From an uncultured Gemmatimonadaceae bacterium (GTDB lineage: Bacteria; Gemmatimonadota; Gemmatimonadetes; Gemmatimonadales; Gemmatimonadaceae), in the NCBI GenBank assembly GCA_963829055.1, contig CAWHHI010000006.1, forward strand, positions 384,001 through 448,000: DNA of 64,000 nucleotides. The letters are read 5' to 3'. Below, piece after piece: positions 46,022 to 58,047 of this stretch. Below the pieces are notes generated by a model. It saw only the letters and a program-made list of their open reading frames with translations. It made no database searches and was not told the origin of the DNA. The position numbers and the translations under genes were made by a program. Within the stretch, counting starts at the first letter, position 1. The number at the start of each line of letters is the position of its first letter.

Positions 46022-47742
46022 TCAATGGCGAGGCAACTCGGGCGGCGTCACTCGTCGCATCGGTGCCGCAGGCGACGCGGGCTGACTCGTTCGAGCGAGC
46101 TGGTCCCGCAGCTTCGCTACCTGATCCGTGAGCTCCGGCCCATCTGCCGCGATCACGAGCAGCTCCTCGGCCCGGGCGACGTTTCCCAGCCGAGCATTCA
46201 TGCTGGCGGCGTTGAACGCCGACGTTCGATACCGCCGGCGCCGATCAGCAAGGTCTTCCTCGAGCGACGCGATGCGCTTCGCCTTGAACGCCGCACTGCC
46301 TTTCCGCGCACTACTCACCTCGGCGATTTTCGCGGCGATGTCCTGCGCCCGCGCATCGTAGCACACCATCGCTGAGTCGAACGAGGCGGCCGCTTCCGCC
46401 CAGATCTCGCGCTTGGTCAGCACGCTGCCGAGGTAGAAGCCCGCCGTGCAGTTCTCCGAGCCCATAGGAAGCCGCCGTGCACTGCGCAGATCGGCCTCGG
46501 CGACTGTAAGACTGTCCTGCTCGTGCTCGATGATCCCGGCGAGCGTGAGGTTCTCGGTGTTTCGGCCGCGTGACTTGGCGGCCTCGATGTCGCTGCGGGC
46601 GAGGTCGAGCTCTTTGCGGCGAAGTCGATTGGCTGCGCGCCAGTAGTAGCCCTCGCCGATGTTGGACGGTTCGAGCGCGATGAACCGCGTCGCTGTGGCG
46701 ATCGCCGCGGAATCCTGGCGGAGCGTCGTTAGGCAGCGCGTGGTCTGCAGCAGCGCGCGATCGTGCGCCGGCTCGATGGCGAGCGTCTGATCGTAGTGGC
46801 GAATCGCTTCCGGGCAGTCGCCGAGCGTGAAGTTGACCCATCCCGTCAGGAACATGACGCCTGGTGCGCGTGGAAATCGGGTATGCGCGCGCTCGAACAG
46901 GCCGAGTGCGTAGTCGCCGCCCGTCTCGTCGGTCTCCCACATCGCGCGGCGCGCCAGCGCGTACGCGGCTTCGTCGAACGAAGGCGCGGCGGCGAGCACG
47001 CGCTTCATGGCCAGCGTGTCGACGGGGTCGCAGCTCGCGGCGCGGTAGGCGACCAATGGCGGCGCGTTGACGGGAACCTGGCGCCGGTTGGCGAACGTGT
47101 TCGTTGTATCGCCCGACGTATTCCGTCGGTCGGAGAAGGAGCAGTCCAGCGAGAGCGCGATGTACCGTCGGACTTCGGGGGTCATCGGAACGCGCGCGAG
47201 CCAGGCGAGCTCGCTGTCTACTTTGGTGGTGTAAGGCGCGTACTTCCTCAGCAGCGCCGCCGTGGCCTTCATTGATACGCCGTTGCCGTCCGGGAAGACG
47301 GCGTCGACGATGTCGAGTACGTGCGTCCGCTTCCAGCGCGGTGGGGAGACGCGTGACGACCGAGCGCGCACGGTCCACGCTCGGCCGCCAGTCGAGTGCC
47401 AGCTCCTTCTCTCGAAGGGCCAGCAGCACGTCGGTCTCGAACAACCGCGCGATGACGGGGGCCGGCTTTTTCGTGTGCCTGTCGCTGGCGACACGCGCAT
47501 ACGTCGCGCGCGCCTCCTTCGAGGCAGTCGTAGCACCCCTCGAGCACGCGGGTATCGGCCGCGGCAAGCGCGAGCGCGTTCGCCTTGCGGATGCGGGCCA
47601 ATGCGCAGCCGAGCGACAATCCCATCCAGGCGAACACGGCGGCTCGGAGCCACAACGCTCGGAGCCTAACGCCGCGCGCGAAGCGGTCTGGCCCTGGCCG
47701 GCAGGCGAACTGGAGTCGTTCGGAATCGTGCGGTCGCGACAT
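46022..47742 (-). CDS. TPR-repeat protein, possible lipoprotein (frameshifted)
   Basis: LSLGC lipobox-like; EGCYDCL; several TPR-like helices. Confidence 0.65.
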
Positions 47743-47834
47743 GGACCGGCCTGCCGTCGCTCGGGGTGGCTGGACTCACGCCCAGTTACAGGCGCAGTGC
47801 TACTATGGCGATAGTAGCTCGTCCGGTCAACCCT

Positions 47835-48026
47835 TGTCATTCCGAGCGCAGCCGCGGAGCGGCGGTCAGGAGCATGTCATTCCGAGCGAAGCGAAGCGAG
47901 TCGAGGAATCCTGGCGTCCCGGTAGAGAGCCCTCTACCATGCGACCCGAGGATTCCTCGACTCCGGCCTTCGGCCTCCGCTCGGAATGACAGCTCCTCGA
48001 CTCACTTCGTTCGCTCGGAATGACAG
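47835..48026. repeat. Nested REP-like element with doubled ends
   Basis: Two TGTCATTCCGAGCG and two CGCTCGGAATGACA; central GGTAGAGAGCCCTCTACC. Confidence 0.88.
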
Positions 48027-48028
48027 CG

Positions 48029-48703
48029 CTAGTCGTGATCCTTCGCGCCGCCGGCCACCGGCGAGCCATCCGCCCACTTCGGGACCTTCACGATCATCTC
48101 CGCCTGCGGCGTCCCAGGCGACCCCACCGAGATCGGTTCACCCGCTCCGTCCTGAGTGAGCCCGAACTTCGCCGGCGTCGCGCCCGGCACGTAGAACATG
48201 AGATGCGGATGCCACGCCCCGACGCGCCGTCCGTCGGCGTCCGGCGACGAGAACAGCACCTGGCGCGGGGACATCATGTACGCCAGCGCCAGCTCACGAG
48301 GCGCCGTCAGCTCACCGCGTGCGTACGCCGAGCTCACTGCCCGGTCCACCGAGTCCTCGCTCACGCCTAACGAGCGGAGCCGCACCTGCATCAGCTCGCG
48401 GTGCATCACCGTGCGCGTGCCTTCGGCGTTGAAGCAGATCGGATACAGCCCGCCCTCGTGGAGGTCGCGGGCCACCAGGCACGCGACGCCGTTCGATCCC
48501 TTACGAAGGGTGAGCACGTTCCCGTCACGGACCGCGTACACGGTCGCCTTGTCCGTAACCTCCGGTGGCGCCGCCGAGACCGCGAGCGCGATCTCGCTGG
48601 AATCGGGAAGGGGGACTGGCTTGAACGGATACCTGCTCCCGCCGGACTGCGCGGAAGCCGAAGCGGTAGCGACGAGAAACAGCAACACGGCATGGCGGCG
48701 CAT
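48029..48703 (-). CDS. Secreted hypothetical protein
   Basis: Signal peptide MRRHAVLLFL; ALAVSAAP, GSNGVACL, YMMS, HPHLMFY motifs. Confidence 0.7.
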   Translation of the reverse strand: MRRHAVLLFLVATASASAQSGGSRYPFKPVPLPDSSEIALAVSAAPPEVTDKATVYAVRDGNVLTLRKGSNGVACLVARDLHEGGLYPICFNAEGTRTVMHRELMQVRLRSLGVSEDSVDRAVSSAYARGELTAPRELALAYMMSPRQVLFSSPDADGRRVGAWHPHLMFYVPGATPAKFGLTQDGAGEPISVGSPGTPQAEMIVKVPKWADGSPVAGGAKDHD

Positions 48704-49140
48704 TGGCGATACGGGATGGAGGTCGGGGTTCGAGCACCGGTATTTGATGGCCGCAAGCTCCAGAGTGTTACACGCCCCGCCGCGCGCGCCGCGGCTCTTC
48801 GAACACAATTGGCACGCTCGGCTCGTGCTTTGCGGCGTGACTGTATTTGGTCTCCCAATCAACGAGCCATCGAGACCATCACTCCGTCGCCCGCCTGCCC
48901 GAGGTCGTCCCCCTTGTTATGGCCCGGTGAGAGGCGAGGCTGTGCCGAAGGGGTGGTGCGGTTTTCTGCATCCGGCTGCGTCGCGCGCGAAGCGCGCCTG
49001 CGCGTTCTGCGTTGCATAGTACGAGCCCGGCGAAGGAACCGTGACCCCGAGATACCCGACGGTTGCACACTGAGGACATAGAAATCGCGGCACCCACCGT
49101 ACTCGGTCGCTGAACTGAGCTGCTCAGGAGCATTCAGGAC

Positions 49141-49672
49141 ATGCAGGTCTCCCGTCGCGAATTTCTTCGCTACTCAGCGGGTGCGGGCGCCGGTACGGCG
49201 CTCGGCGGTCTCGTCGGGCTTGGGCTCACGCTCGCGCCCGCACGCGCAAAGGCGCAGCAGCTTCGCATCAAGGACTCGAGAACGGTGCCGAGCATCTGCC
49301 CATTCTGCTCCGTCGGATGCGCCACGCTGATCCACGTCAAGTACGGCGAGATCATCAACATCGAAGGCGACCCGCGCAGTCCGCACAACGAGGGTACGCT
49401 GTGCCCGAAGGGCGCCGCCATCTACCAGCTCCATCGGAATCCGAACCGACCCACGCAGGTGGTGCACCGGAAGCCCGGTGCCACCGAGTGGGAGACGGTG
49501 GACCTCGAGTGGCAATGAATCGCGTCGCCGAGCTGGTGAAGAAAACGCGTGACGACACGTTCATCGAGCGGCTGCCTAACGGGAAGCTCGTGAACATGAC
49601 ACCGGCGCTCTTCCACCTCGGTGGCGCGACGCTCGACAACGAATTCAACCACGTCGCGCAAAAGTTCTGTCC
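49141..49672 (+). pseudogene. fdnG: Formate dehydrogenase-N alpha subunit, N-terminal fragment only
   Basis: Tat signal SRREFL; CPFCSVGC...GTLCPKG Fe-S motif; GGATLDNE; homology stops at AQKF; no fdnH/fdnI follows. Confidence 0.85.
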
Positions 49673-49702
49673 GAGTGTTATCCGGTCGCGTTCCGCTGGC
49701 CA

Positions 49703-50081
49703 ATGAAGGCGAAGGTGAACGCGACGTGCGGTGGTGCTCGTCGGTGTGGCGCTGGCGTTAGGCGGCTGCAGCGACCGAAGCAACAAGACGGACTTGCGAA
49801 CGCTCGATGCGGATGAGATGGCGAGCCAGGGTAAGCTCGTGCTCGCCGGCAGTCAGGTCGTCTCGGCTCTCCAGACGCCGAACCTCCCCGGTCGGATCAT
49901 CTACGACAAGCCGGTGGATCTCTCTCTGGCGAACGCGATGCGGACGCGGCCAGATCTCGTGAAACCCGACACAAGCCGCGTCAACCCGAGTCGCCCGACG
50001 GCTCGTCGCGACACGACGGGCGGCGATGCCACCGCCGACACGAGTGGCGGCGCCGTGAAACCACGACCGAAGCGTCCATAG
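49703..50081 (+). CDS. Hypothetical lipoprotein (indel near start)
   Basis: MKAKVN...VVLVGVALALGGC lipobox. Confidence 0.55.
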
Positions 50082-50085
50082 CCGA

Positions 50086-50700
50086 TCAGCGTGAGAGGAT
50101 CTTCAGCTCGCCGGTGATGAGCTGATAGCGGACGTCCCCCGTGGGGCCAAGGTCGACCAGCTCCGCCATGTACTCGGGAACCCAGGCCGGAGGCTGATCA
50201 CCCATCGCCCACTGGCTTCGCAGGAACGCTGCGCCGCCGTCGGCGAGGCGAAGGAGTACCATGCCTAACGTGACAGCCTCCCGCGCCGCCGTGACGTCGA
50301 AGCCAGCTGTGGACACCATGACACGGAGAGGCGGGCTGCTCGGAGCGACGTTCACCGGCCGCTCGATCGGCTGCGCGACCGGCTGAAGGCGCTTGGGTCC
50401 GTCGGATGCCGCGGTCGGCGTGACCGGCGCCGCTCGCGCTTCGAGCGCGCGCACGGCGTCGACGTCGGTGACACGAACCTCGTTCCGGAAATCGATGAGC
50501 ACGTCACGTGGTGTCGCGCCGCCGGCCGTCGAAGTCGGCGTTAGGCCTGCCAACTCCATCGCGTACTCACTCGGATCCTCGGGCGCGAGCGCGCGTCGCG
50601 AGAGAACGCGCACGATCGACAACGCGAGGCCCGCCTTCCGGAGCTCGCGCGCGATCACGATCTCGACTTCATCCGGACGGATGCGTCGAGGGTCACCCAT
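50086..50700 (-). CDS. Hypothetical protein resembling a degenerate Mrr-type restriction endonuclease domain
   Basis: PDEVEIVIARELRKAG; VLIDFR; VDAVRAL; VMVSTAGF...A...G.VLL pattern. Confidence 0.55.
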   Translation of the reverse strand: MGDPRRIRPDEVEIVIARELRKAGLALSIVRVLSRRALAPEDPSEYAMELAGLTPTSTAGGATPRDVLIDFRNEVRVTDVDAVRALEARAAPVTPTAASDGPKRLQPVAQPIERPVNVAPSSPPLRVMVSTAGFDVTAAREAVTLGMVLLRLADGGAAFLRSQWAMGDQPPAWVPEYMAELVDLGPTGDVRYQLITGELKILSR

Positions 50701-50907
50701 GGTCGATCGTTCGAGCTGTCACACTTCCGACGTCGTCAAGAAACGAGCCCTCGTCGCGATCTCGCTCATCGGTACACTATCGGGCACTGCGCAGAGCTCG
50801 CCATAGCGGAACATGGCTTGCGACGATCCCGGCCACACGTCGCGCTCGGCGTCAGTCCGCAAGTCCCAGCGAGGTGACACCGACGCGATTGCCCAAGGAG
50901 GTATGAC

Positions 50908-51585
50908 ATGGCACAACATGATCGCGATCGCCTGGTGCGCAACGACGATACGGCCTCGTCCGGCCAGCTCGTCCACACGAGGGACCTCGACAAGTTCGAG
51001 TTTCCCAAGGATAGCCCTGATCCACGCGGCTGGGACGTTCGTTCGGCTGACGGTACGAAGGTCGGAAAGGTCGAAGATCTGATCGTCGACACGGCCGAGC
51101 GCCGCGTCCGCTACATCGAGGTCGCGCTCGACCGCAGTCTCGCGAAAGACACGGATCGTGACTACGCACTGGTTCCGATTGGGCAGGCTCGACTCGATGA
51201 CAACGGAGACAACGTGGTCGTGGACATGGCGAGCACCGATCTGGCCGGCGCGCCGCGTTATGACCGGAAGGCGTTGTCTCGCGACTACGAGACGTCGCTG
51301 CGATCATGGCTCGGTCAGCGGCGAACGAATGCTGGATCGCAGGCTCGCTCGAGCTCGAATGTGAGCTCGACTGCAGGCTCCGATCGTGACGTCGATTTCT
51401 ACTCGAGCCCTGAGTACGACGACCAGCGCTTCTTCACGCGAGGGCGCGGCCAGCGGAGTGGCGCGGCAGGCCGCGCGAGCTCGGGCATCGGTGACCGCAT
51501 CGCCAACGCGGCCGACGACATCAAGGACCGCGTTGACGGAAACCCGGCGTCGCGTCCGGGGCCGGATCCCACGGATCGCCGGTAG
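50908..51585 (+). CDS. PRC-barrel domain protein
   Basis: PDPRGWDVRSADGTKVGKVEDLIVDTAERRVRYIEV...LVPIG; RBS AGGAGG. Confidence 0.85.
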   Translation: MAQHDRDRLVRNDDTASSGQLVHTRDLDKFEFPKDSPDPRGWDVRSADGTKVGKVEDLIVDTAERRVRYIEVALDRSLAKDTDRDYALVPIGQARLDDNGDNVVVDMASTDLAGAPRYDRKALSRDYETSLRSWLGQRRTNAGSQARSSSNVSSTAGSDRDVDFYSSPEYDDQRFFTRGRGQRSGAAGRASSGIGDRIANAADDIKDRVDGNPASRPGPDPTDRR

Positions 51586-51592
51586 TCGCGGC

Positions 51593-51728
51593 CGTCATTC
51601 CGAGCGGGGTGTCATTCCGAGCGAACGAAGTGAGTCGAGGAATCGCGATCGTCCCGATAGAGGGCTCTCTACCTAGCACGGTCTCGATTCCTCGACTGCG
51701 GCCCGTTGGGCCTCCGCTCGGAATGACA
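51593..51728. repeat. REP-like element with doubled left end
   Basis: CGTCATTCCGAGCG and TGTCATTCCGAGCG...GATAGAGGGCTCTCTACC...CGCTCGGAATGACA; lies between convergent genes. Confidence 0.88.
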
Positions 51729-51729
51729 C

Positions 51730-53170
51730 CTACGATGCCGTGCTTACCGCGAGCGCCTTCAACAGCCGATACGTGAACTCGAGCTGATCGTAGAACGCCT
51801 TCACGCCAATGCGCTCGTTGAGCCCGTGTGCGCGTGTGTCGTCCGCACTGCTCGGGTCGACGAACAGGCCACTCACGCCATACACCGACATCCCCGCGTT
51901 ACGGAGGAACAGTCCGTCGGTCGCACCGGTCTCCATGTTCGGAATGATCGGGAGCGGCCCCCACAACGACGCTGTGACCGAGCGGATCGTGCTCTCCAGC
52001 GCTGGCGGGAGCGGCGACGGCGGACTCGGTCTCGCCGTATCAGCGGCAGTCACGACGACCGCGGTGTCCGCCACGACTCTTTGAATGGTCCGCTCCACTT
52101 CTGCGGGATCCTCACCCGGAAGAATGCGGCAGTTCACCGTAGCTTCGCGCGCGCTGCGGCAGCGCGTTCACGGCGTGCCCACCCTCGATGAGCGTCGTGA
52201 TACACGTCGTCCGAAGCTGGGCGTTGTAGAACGGCGACCGTGCGGCGAGCCGAGCGGCGGCGGCGCGGTCCGGGGTGGCGGTCGCGCTCACGGCACGCAT
52301 CTCGGCGGCGAGCGCTCCGCTGCTGAGCGACGCGGTGCGCGCGAAATACGCCCGCGTCACCGCATTCGTCTTGATCGGAAATTCGTACGCGCTCACCCTG
52401 CCTAACGCTGCTGCGAGTCGGTTGATCGCGTTGTCCTTCGTCGGCAGCGAGCTGTGCCCGCCCGGATTGCGTACGACGAGATGGACGGAGTGGAAGACCT
52501 TCTCCGCGGCCTGCACGTCGAGCGAGATCGGCTTGCCGTCGTGCAACTCGCCGCCGCCCGCATCGGGGTTGAGGACGTACTCGGCGTCGAGTAGATCGCG
52601 GCGGTGCTCGAGCAGCCACTGAATCCCGTTGTATCCGGTTCCGCCACCTTCTTCTCCCGCCGTCAGCGCGAGAACGTAGTCGCCTTCCGGAACGATTCCT
52701 TCCTGCTTCATTCGCAGGAGCGCGGCAACCCACGCCGCGTCGCCGTTCTTCATGTCGAGCGTACCGCGCCCGTAGAAGTGACCGTCGCGCTCGGTCAGCG
52801 TGAATGGATCGAGCACCCAATCCGCGCGCCGCGCTTCCACGACATCCAGATGGCCAATGAGCAGGATCGGTCGGCGCTTCCCACTTCCACGGACGCGAAC
52901 GATGAGATTCTTGTCCTTGGCGTCGACGCCTGTATCCGGCCCGACGATCTGCACGTCGGCACTCGGGAATCCGGCCGCGCGGAACCGGGCGGCGAGAAGC
53001 TCGGCCGCTTTCGTGGTGCTACCCGCGGAGAACGTGGTGTTCGTCTCGATGAGCTCGCGCAGGATATCGCGGCCGAGGGTCTGATACGCGGTCGGAGTTG
53101 ATTGGGCGCGCGCTGATGACGCGAACGCGAGCGTGAGGGCGAGAGTGAACGAGGCGGATCTATTGGTCAT
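51730..53170 (-). CDS. M20/M25/M40 family metallopeptidase, secreted (frameshift near 52140)
   Basis: GHLDVV, GRGTLDMK, AGEEGG, GGHSS, GATDG, HGLNERI. Confidence 0.9.
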
Positions 53171-53410
53171 CGTGAATCTTGGCTCCAGAGCGTTCGCGTC
53201 CACGTATCCGCGGACGTCGTGATCGGGCGAAGGCCGCAGCGCGATCAAACCTCGGTCCAGCCCCGAACAGCCGCTAGGTGGACCGCGATCGCTGAACGCT
53301 CGTACACTGGGTTACGGGTGGTCATTACGGTTGGTCACTCTGGACACGCCTTTCAAGCGTTGTATGATCACCTCGTCACAGGATCTGAAACGTCTCACCC
53401 CGAGGTGTGC

Positions 53411-56400
53411 ATGCCGCGGCAATTGTCGGGTTCGAGCACGGCACGTCTGATCGCGGGCATAGCAATGTGCCTAACGTTTACCGCACCGGCTCTGCTCTCG
53501 GCACAGGGTGCCGGGCGCATTCGTGGGAGGGTCTCGGACGCCGACGACAAGGCGCCGCTCTCCTCCGTTCAGATCTCGGTCGTGGGGACCAGCCTGGGCG
53601 CCGTGACCGGCGCGACCGGCCAGTACATCATCAACGGCGTCGCGCCCGGTCAGGTCACGCTGCGCATCCGCCGCATCGGCTACGCCAGCATGACGCAGCC
53701 GGTGACCGTTCCGGCGGGCGGCGAAGCCACCGCCGACATCGTCATGACGAGGGCCGCGACACAGCTGTCCGAGGTGATCACCACCGCGACCGGCGATGTC
53801 GAGAAGAAGACCTACGGCAACGTCGTGGCGACGATCAACGCCGACTCCCTCGTCGGCAAGGCGCCGATCACGAACGTCAACGAACTGCTTCAGGCGCGCA
53901 CCGCGGGCGTGCAGGTGATTCAGGGGACGGGACAGACCGGCGCCTCGAGCTCGATCCGCATTCGCGGCGCCAGCTCGCTCTCCCTCACCAACGAGCCGCT
54001 CATCGTCATCGACGGTCTCCGCTTCGACAACTCCCCCGCGTCCAGCAATTTCAGCTCGATTCGCGTCAACCGACTCGGCACGCTCAATCCCGACGAGATC
54101 GAGTCGATGGACATCATCAAGGGCCCTTCCGCAGCCGCGCTCTACGGAACGGCGGCCGCGAACGGCGTCGTCGTGATCACGACCAAGCGGGGGAAGGCCG
54201 GCTCCGCGAAGTGGAGCGCGTTCGGCGAAGGCGGCGCCGTGTCGCAGAACGCCGCCTTCACGTCGAACTATCAGGGGTGGGGCACGAACCTGAACGCCGC
54301 CGGACAGCGCGTCGGCCCCCCGGTCCAGTGCAAGGTGTTCGCGGCAGCGCGCCAGGCATGCGTCCTCGACTCGCTGACCTCCTACAATCCGTGGAACGCG
54401 AAGGAGACCGACCCGTTCCAGACGCAGGGGCGTTATGCGGCCGGGCTCCAGGTGTCAGGCGGTAGCGACCAGCTTCGTTACTTCCTCTCCGGCGAGCACC
54501 AGGGCGAAACCGGTCCCTACACCATGCCGGATTACGAGATCGACCGCCTCACGACGCTTCGCGGCACCCGTCCGCGCGATCGGGAGATCACCCCGAACGA
54601 GCTGACGATGAACTCGGCGCGCGGAAACTTCTCGCTCAGCATCAAGCCGAACCTCACGCTCGATGTGAACTCGGGCTACATCCGGCGCGACCTCTACAAC
54701 GCGTTCGAGGGGACGTTCTTCGCGGGATGACGTTCCAGTACATGACCGGTCCGGGCTTCAAGAACGCCACCAACGGGCTACAGCGTGAGTTCGTGGGTGA
54801 CGTGTTCGGTGTCGAGGGCAAGCTGCGCGATGACCGGTTCACCGGCGGCGCCACGCTCAACTGGCAACCCAAGACCTGGCTCACTGGACGCGCGATCGTG
54901 GGAATCGACCAGACGAATTCCTTCGGGTATCGCCAGCAGTTGAAAGGCGAGGGACCGCAGGTCGGTGTGTCGTGGGGGCCCATCTCCAACGAAGGTGGAA
55001 AGGACTACGACCGCTCGAACAACGCGCGCTACACGTTCGACATCGGCGCGACCGCGACCAAGGACATCACGCCGGTGCTCAACTCGCGCACGTCGGTAGG
55101 CGCGCAGCGCTTCTTCGACGCGCAGTACCAGTCACAGGGCCGAGGCTACGGCCTGCCGCCCGGGGCGTCGACTCCCAACTCGGCGCGCCAGCGCGAGTCG
55201 TGGGAGTTCACCACTGAGGAAGCAACGTACGGTGCCTTCATCGAGGAGGCGCTCGGCTGGCGCGACAAGCTTTTCCTCACGGCCGGCGTCCGCACAGATC
55301 AGACGAGCGCATTCGGTCGCGAGGCGGCGCGTACTGTGTATCCACGCGCCGCGGTTTCGTACGTGATCTCGGATGAAGATTGGTTCCCGAAACTGTCATT
55401 GCATGGACCGACTCCGCCTGCGCATGGCCTATGGCAAGGCGGGTGTGCAGCCGAGTACCATCGCGGCGCTGCAGTACCTCGGTGCGGCGGCGTTCCCGAC
55501 TGGAGCCGCGGCCGATGAGCCGGGCCTTCGCATTGCTTCGATCGGCAACCAGAACCTGAAACCGGAAGTCACGACGGAATACGAAGGCGGCCTGGACCTC
55601 GGCTTATGGGATGGTCGCGTCGCCATCGAGGCGACGCTGTTCCGCAAGCTCTCCAAGGACGCCCTCTACAACCGGCCGCTTCCTCCGTCGTACGGCACGG
55701 CCATCGGATCCGCGTCGCCCACGCAGTGGCAGAACCTCGCCGCGGTGGAGAACAAGGGGACCGAGCTGACGGTCGACATGCAGATCCTTCGCAATCCGGC
55801 GTTTACATGGGACGTGCGTGTCAACGGCTCCCTGCTCAAGAACAAGCTCGTCGACGCCGGCGGCGTGCCTCTGCCGACCGCGCCCGGCGCGCGCAACGAG
55901 GTCGGGTATCCGCTGTTCGGACTGTGGGATCGCGAGATCAAGTCGTACAGCGACAAGAATGGCGATGGCCTGATCGGCGACGATGAGATCGACGTGTCGG
56001 CCGGGCTCGCGTTCCGTGGATCATCGCTCCCACAGCGCGAGGCCGGTTTCGGCACCACGGTCGGCCTGTTCAAACGCGCGCTGCAGTTCTCCATGCTGAT
56101 GGACTACCGCGGCGACTTCTACAAGCGCTGGCAGTACGAGGAGTGGCGCTGCCAGTCGAGCGGCAACTGCGCGGCCGTGAACGACCCGAAGGCTCCGCTG
56201 GCGGACCAGGCCGCGGCCACCGCCGCGAACAGCTCGTCCAAGCGCACGATCTGGGGCTACTACGTGCCTAACGACTTCCTCAAGCTCCGCGAGGTGTCGG
56301 CGACGTATACGCTGCCGGCCGATCTGTCGCGGCGCTGGCTGCGTTCACGCACCGCGTCGATCAACTTCGCCGCGCGCAACCTCGGCTACCCCTGGAGCAA

Positions 56401-56521
56401 GTACCCGGGCATTGACCCCGAGTCGAACAATTCGGTGGCGAACACCGGCGGCGGCAACAGCGAGCTCACGGCCCAGCCACCGCTGCGCTACTTCATTTCC
56501 CGAGTGAACATCCAGTTCTGA
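53411..56521 (+). CDS. SusC/RagA family TonB-dependent outer membrane receptor (frameshifts near 54725 and 55400)
   Basis: IRIRGASS, EPLIVIDG, NPDEIESMDIIKGPSAAALYGTAAANGVVVITTKRG, NLKPEVTTE, terminal Phe. Confidence 0.92.
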
Positions 56522-56564
56522 CCTCCGTCGCGATCGTGCGTGCAACCGAACAGAGAGCCAATCC

Positions 56565-57911
56565 ATGACTAATAGAACAGCTCGGACGTTCGCTGCCCTC
56601 CTGCTCGCCATTGGAGTCGCAGCGTGCAGCACCTCGGACCTGCTCGACGTAGAGACGCCCGACCAGATCACCCCTGACCAGGCCGGAAGCGCGGTTGGCG
56701 CGGCTGCGCTCCGCGTGTCGGCCATCGGCAACTTCGCCGCGTTCTACGGCGGTGATTATGGCGGGTCGTTCCACGGCGTGAGCATCACCAGCGGCATGCT
56801 CACCGACGAGATCGAGTCGGCTCGCGGTGGGACGGAGCATTTGGACAGCCGCGCCCAGAACGAGGGTGTGCAACCGCTCAGCACGACGTGGGCGTTCGTG
56901 GGGCAGTCCACGACGCAGACGGTTCGCGCCATCAAGGCACTGAAGGAGTTCGCGCCCGAAGGGACCGCCACGGAGAAGTCGACGAAGGCCACGCAGATCG
57001 GTCATCTGTACGCGCTGCAGGGCTTCGCGTACGCGATTCTCGCCGAGAACTACTGCAGCGGCATCCCAATCGCGAATGCGGATGACATCAACCCGAAGAC
57101 GGACCTGCTCACGACGGCGCAGTTGTACACGCGGTCGCTGGCGTACTTCGACACCGCGGCGACCACGTTAGGCACCACGACGGCCGACCAGCCATTCCGG
57201 AACGCCGTCGCGGTCGGACGTGGACGCGTGCTCGTCGACCTCGCCCGGTATGACGAAGCGGCAGCGGCGGTGACTACCGTCCCTACCAACTTCAGCTTCG
57301 CCGTCAGCTACTCGGCGACGTCCGTCGTGAACGCCATCTACGACTGGATGAACGCGACGCTGAACTACGCGCCCGCGGACAAGGAAGGCATCAACGGGAT
57401 GGACTTCATCACCGCTCGCGATCCGCGCGTGACGGTCATCCGCAACGCGGCGGGGGCTCCCACGCCACGAGCCGGGCAGGATGGAGCGCAGCATTACACG
57501 CAGACCGTCTTCGCGACGGCCGGCGCACCGATGCCGCTCGCGACGGGTGTCGAGGCGCGCCTGATCGAGGCCGAGGCTGCGCTCAAGAAGGGCGATGCGA
57601 CGACGTACCTGGCGAAGATGAACGACGCGCGCACGATCGTGAGCGCGCTGACCCCGCTGACCGACCCCGGCTCGGCGGTGGCGAGAGAGAACCTGCTGTT
57701 CCGCGAACGGGCTTTCTGGTTCTGGGGAACGGCCCATCGGCTCGGCGATCTTCGCCGTCTCGTGAAGGACTACAAGCGAGGCGCGGAGACCGTGTATCCC
57801 ACGGGACCGTATTTCAAGGGTGGGGCGTACGGCACGGACCTCGTCCTGATTCCGGCGCAAGCCGAGAAGAACAACGTGGATTTCCAGGGCTGCTCCGCGA
57901 CCACGTTGTAA
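56565..57911 (+). CDS. SusD/RagB-like lipoprotein
   Basis: VAAC lipobox; EARLIEAEA; RERAFWFWGTAHRLGDLRR; follows susC. Confidence 0.88.
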   Translation: MTNRTARTFAALLLAIGVAACSTSDLLDVETPDQITPDQAGSAVGAAALRVSAIGNFAAFYGGDYGGSFHGVSITSGMLTDEIESARGGTEHLDSRAQNEGVQPLSTTWAFVGQSTTQTVRAIKALKEFAPEGTATEKSTKATQIGHLYALQGFAYAILAENYCSGIPIANADDINPKTDLLTTAQLYTRSLAYFDTAATTLGTTTADQPFRNAVAVGRGRVLVDLARYDEAAAAVTTVPTNFSFAVSYSATSVVNAIYDWMNATLNYAPADKEGINGMDFITARDPRVTVIRNAAGAPTPRAGQDGAQHYTQTVFATAGAPMPLATGVEARLIEAEAALKKGDATTYLAKMNDARTIVSALTPLTDPGSAVARENLLFRERAFWFWGTAHRLGDLRRLVKDYKRGAETVYPTGPYFKGGAYGTDLVLIPAQAEKNNVDFQGCSATTL

Positions 57912-58047
57912 TGCGCTAGCGGGTGCGCACGGCGCGCGATCCCACCGGGGTCGCGCGCTCGTGCATCGAGCAATTTGGACCTAACGCGGCCTTGACGGCT
58001 CCTGGCTGACGCGCGAGGGTTAGCCACCCCGATTTCCCGAGGACCGC

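Noticed and set aside
48880..49140. Molybdenum-cofactor riboswitch or sigma54 promoter upstream of fdnG
   Set aside because: Only scattered short matches; the TGGCACG at about 48810 lacks a correctly spaced TTGC; an Infernal scan would be needed
49704..49706. Selenocysteine TGA in fdnG
   Set aside because: No QAR-x-U-H context and no downstream FdnG homology; the TGA overlaps the next gene's ATG
50908..51585. Photosynthetic reaction centre H subunit (puhA)
   Set aside because: Only the PRC barrel is present; no N-terminal membrane helix and no puf/bch genes nearby
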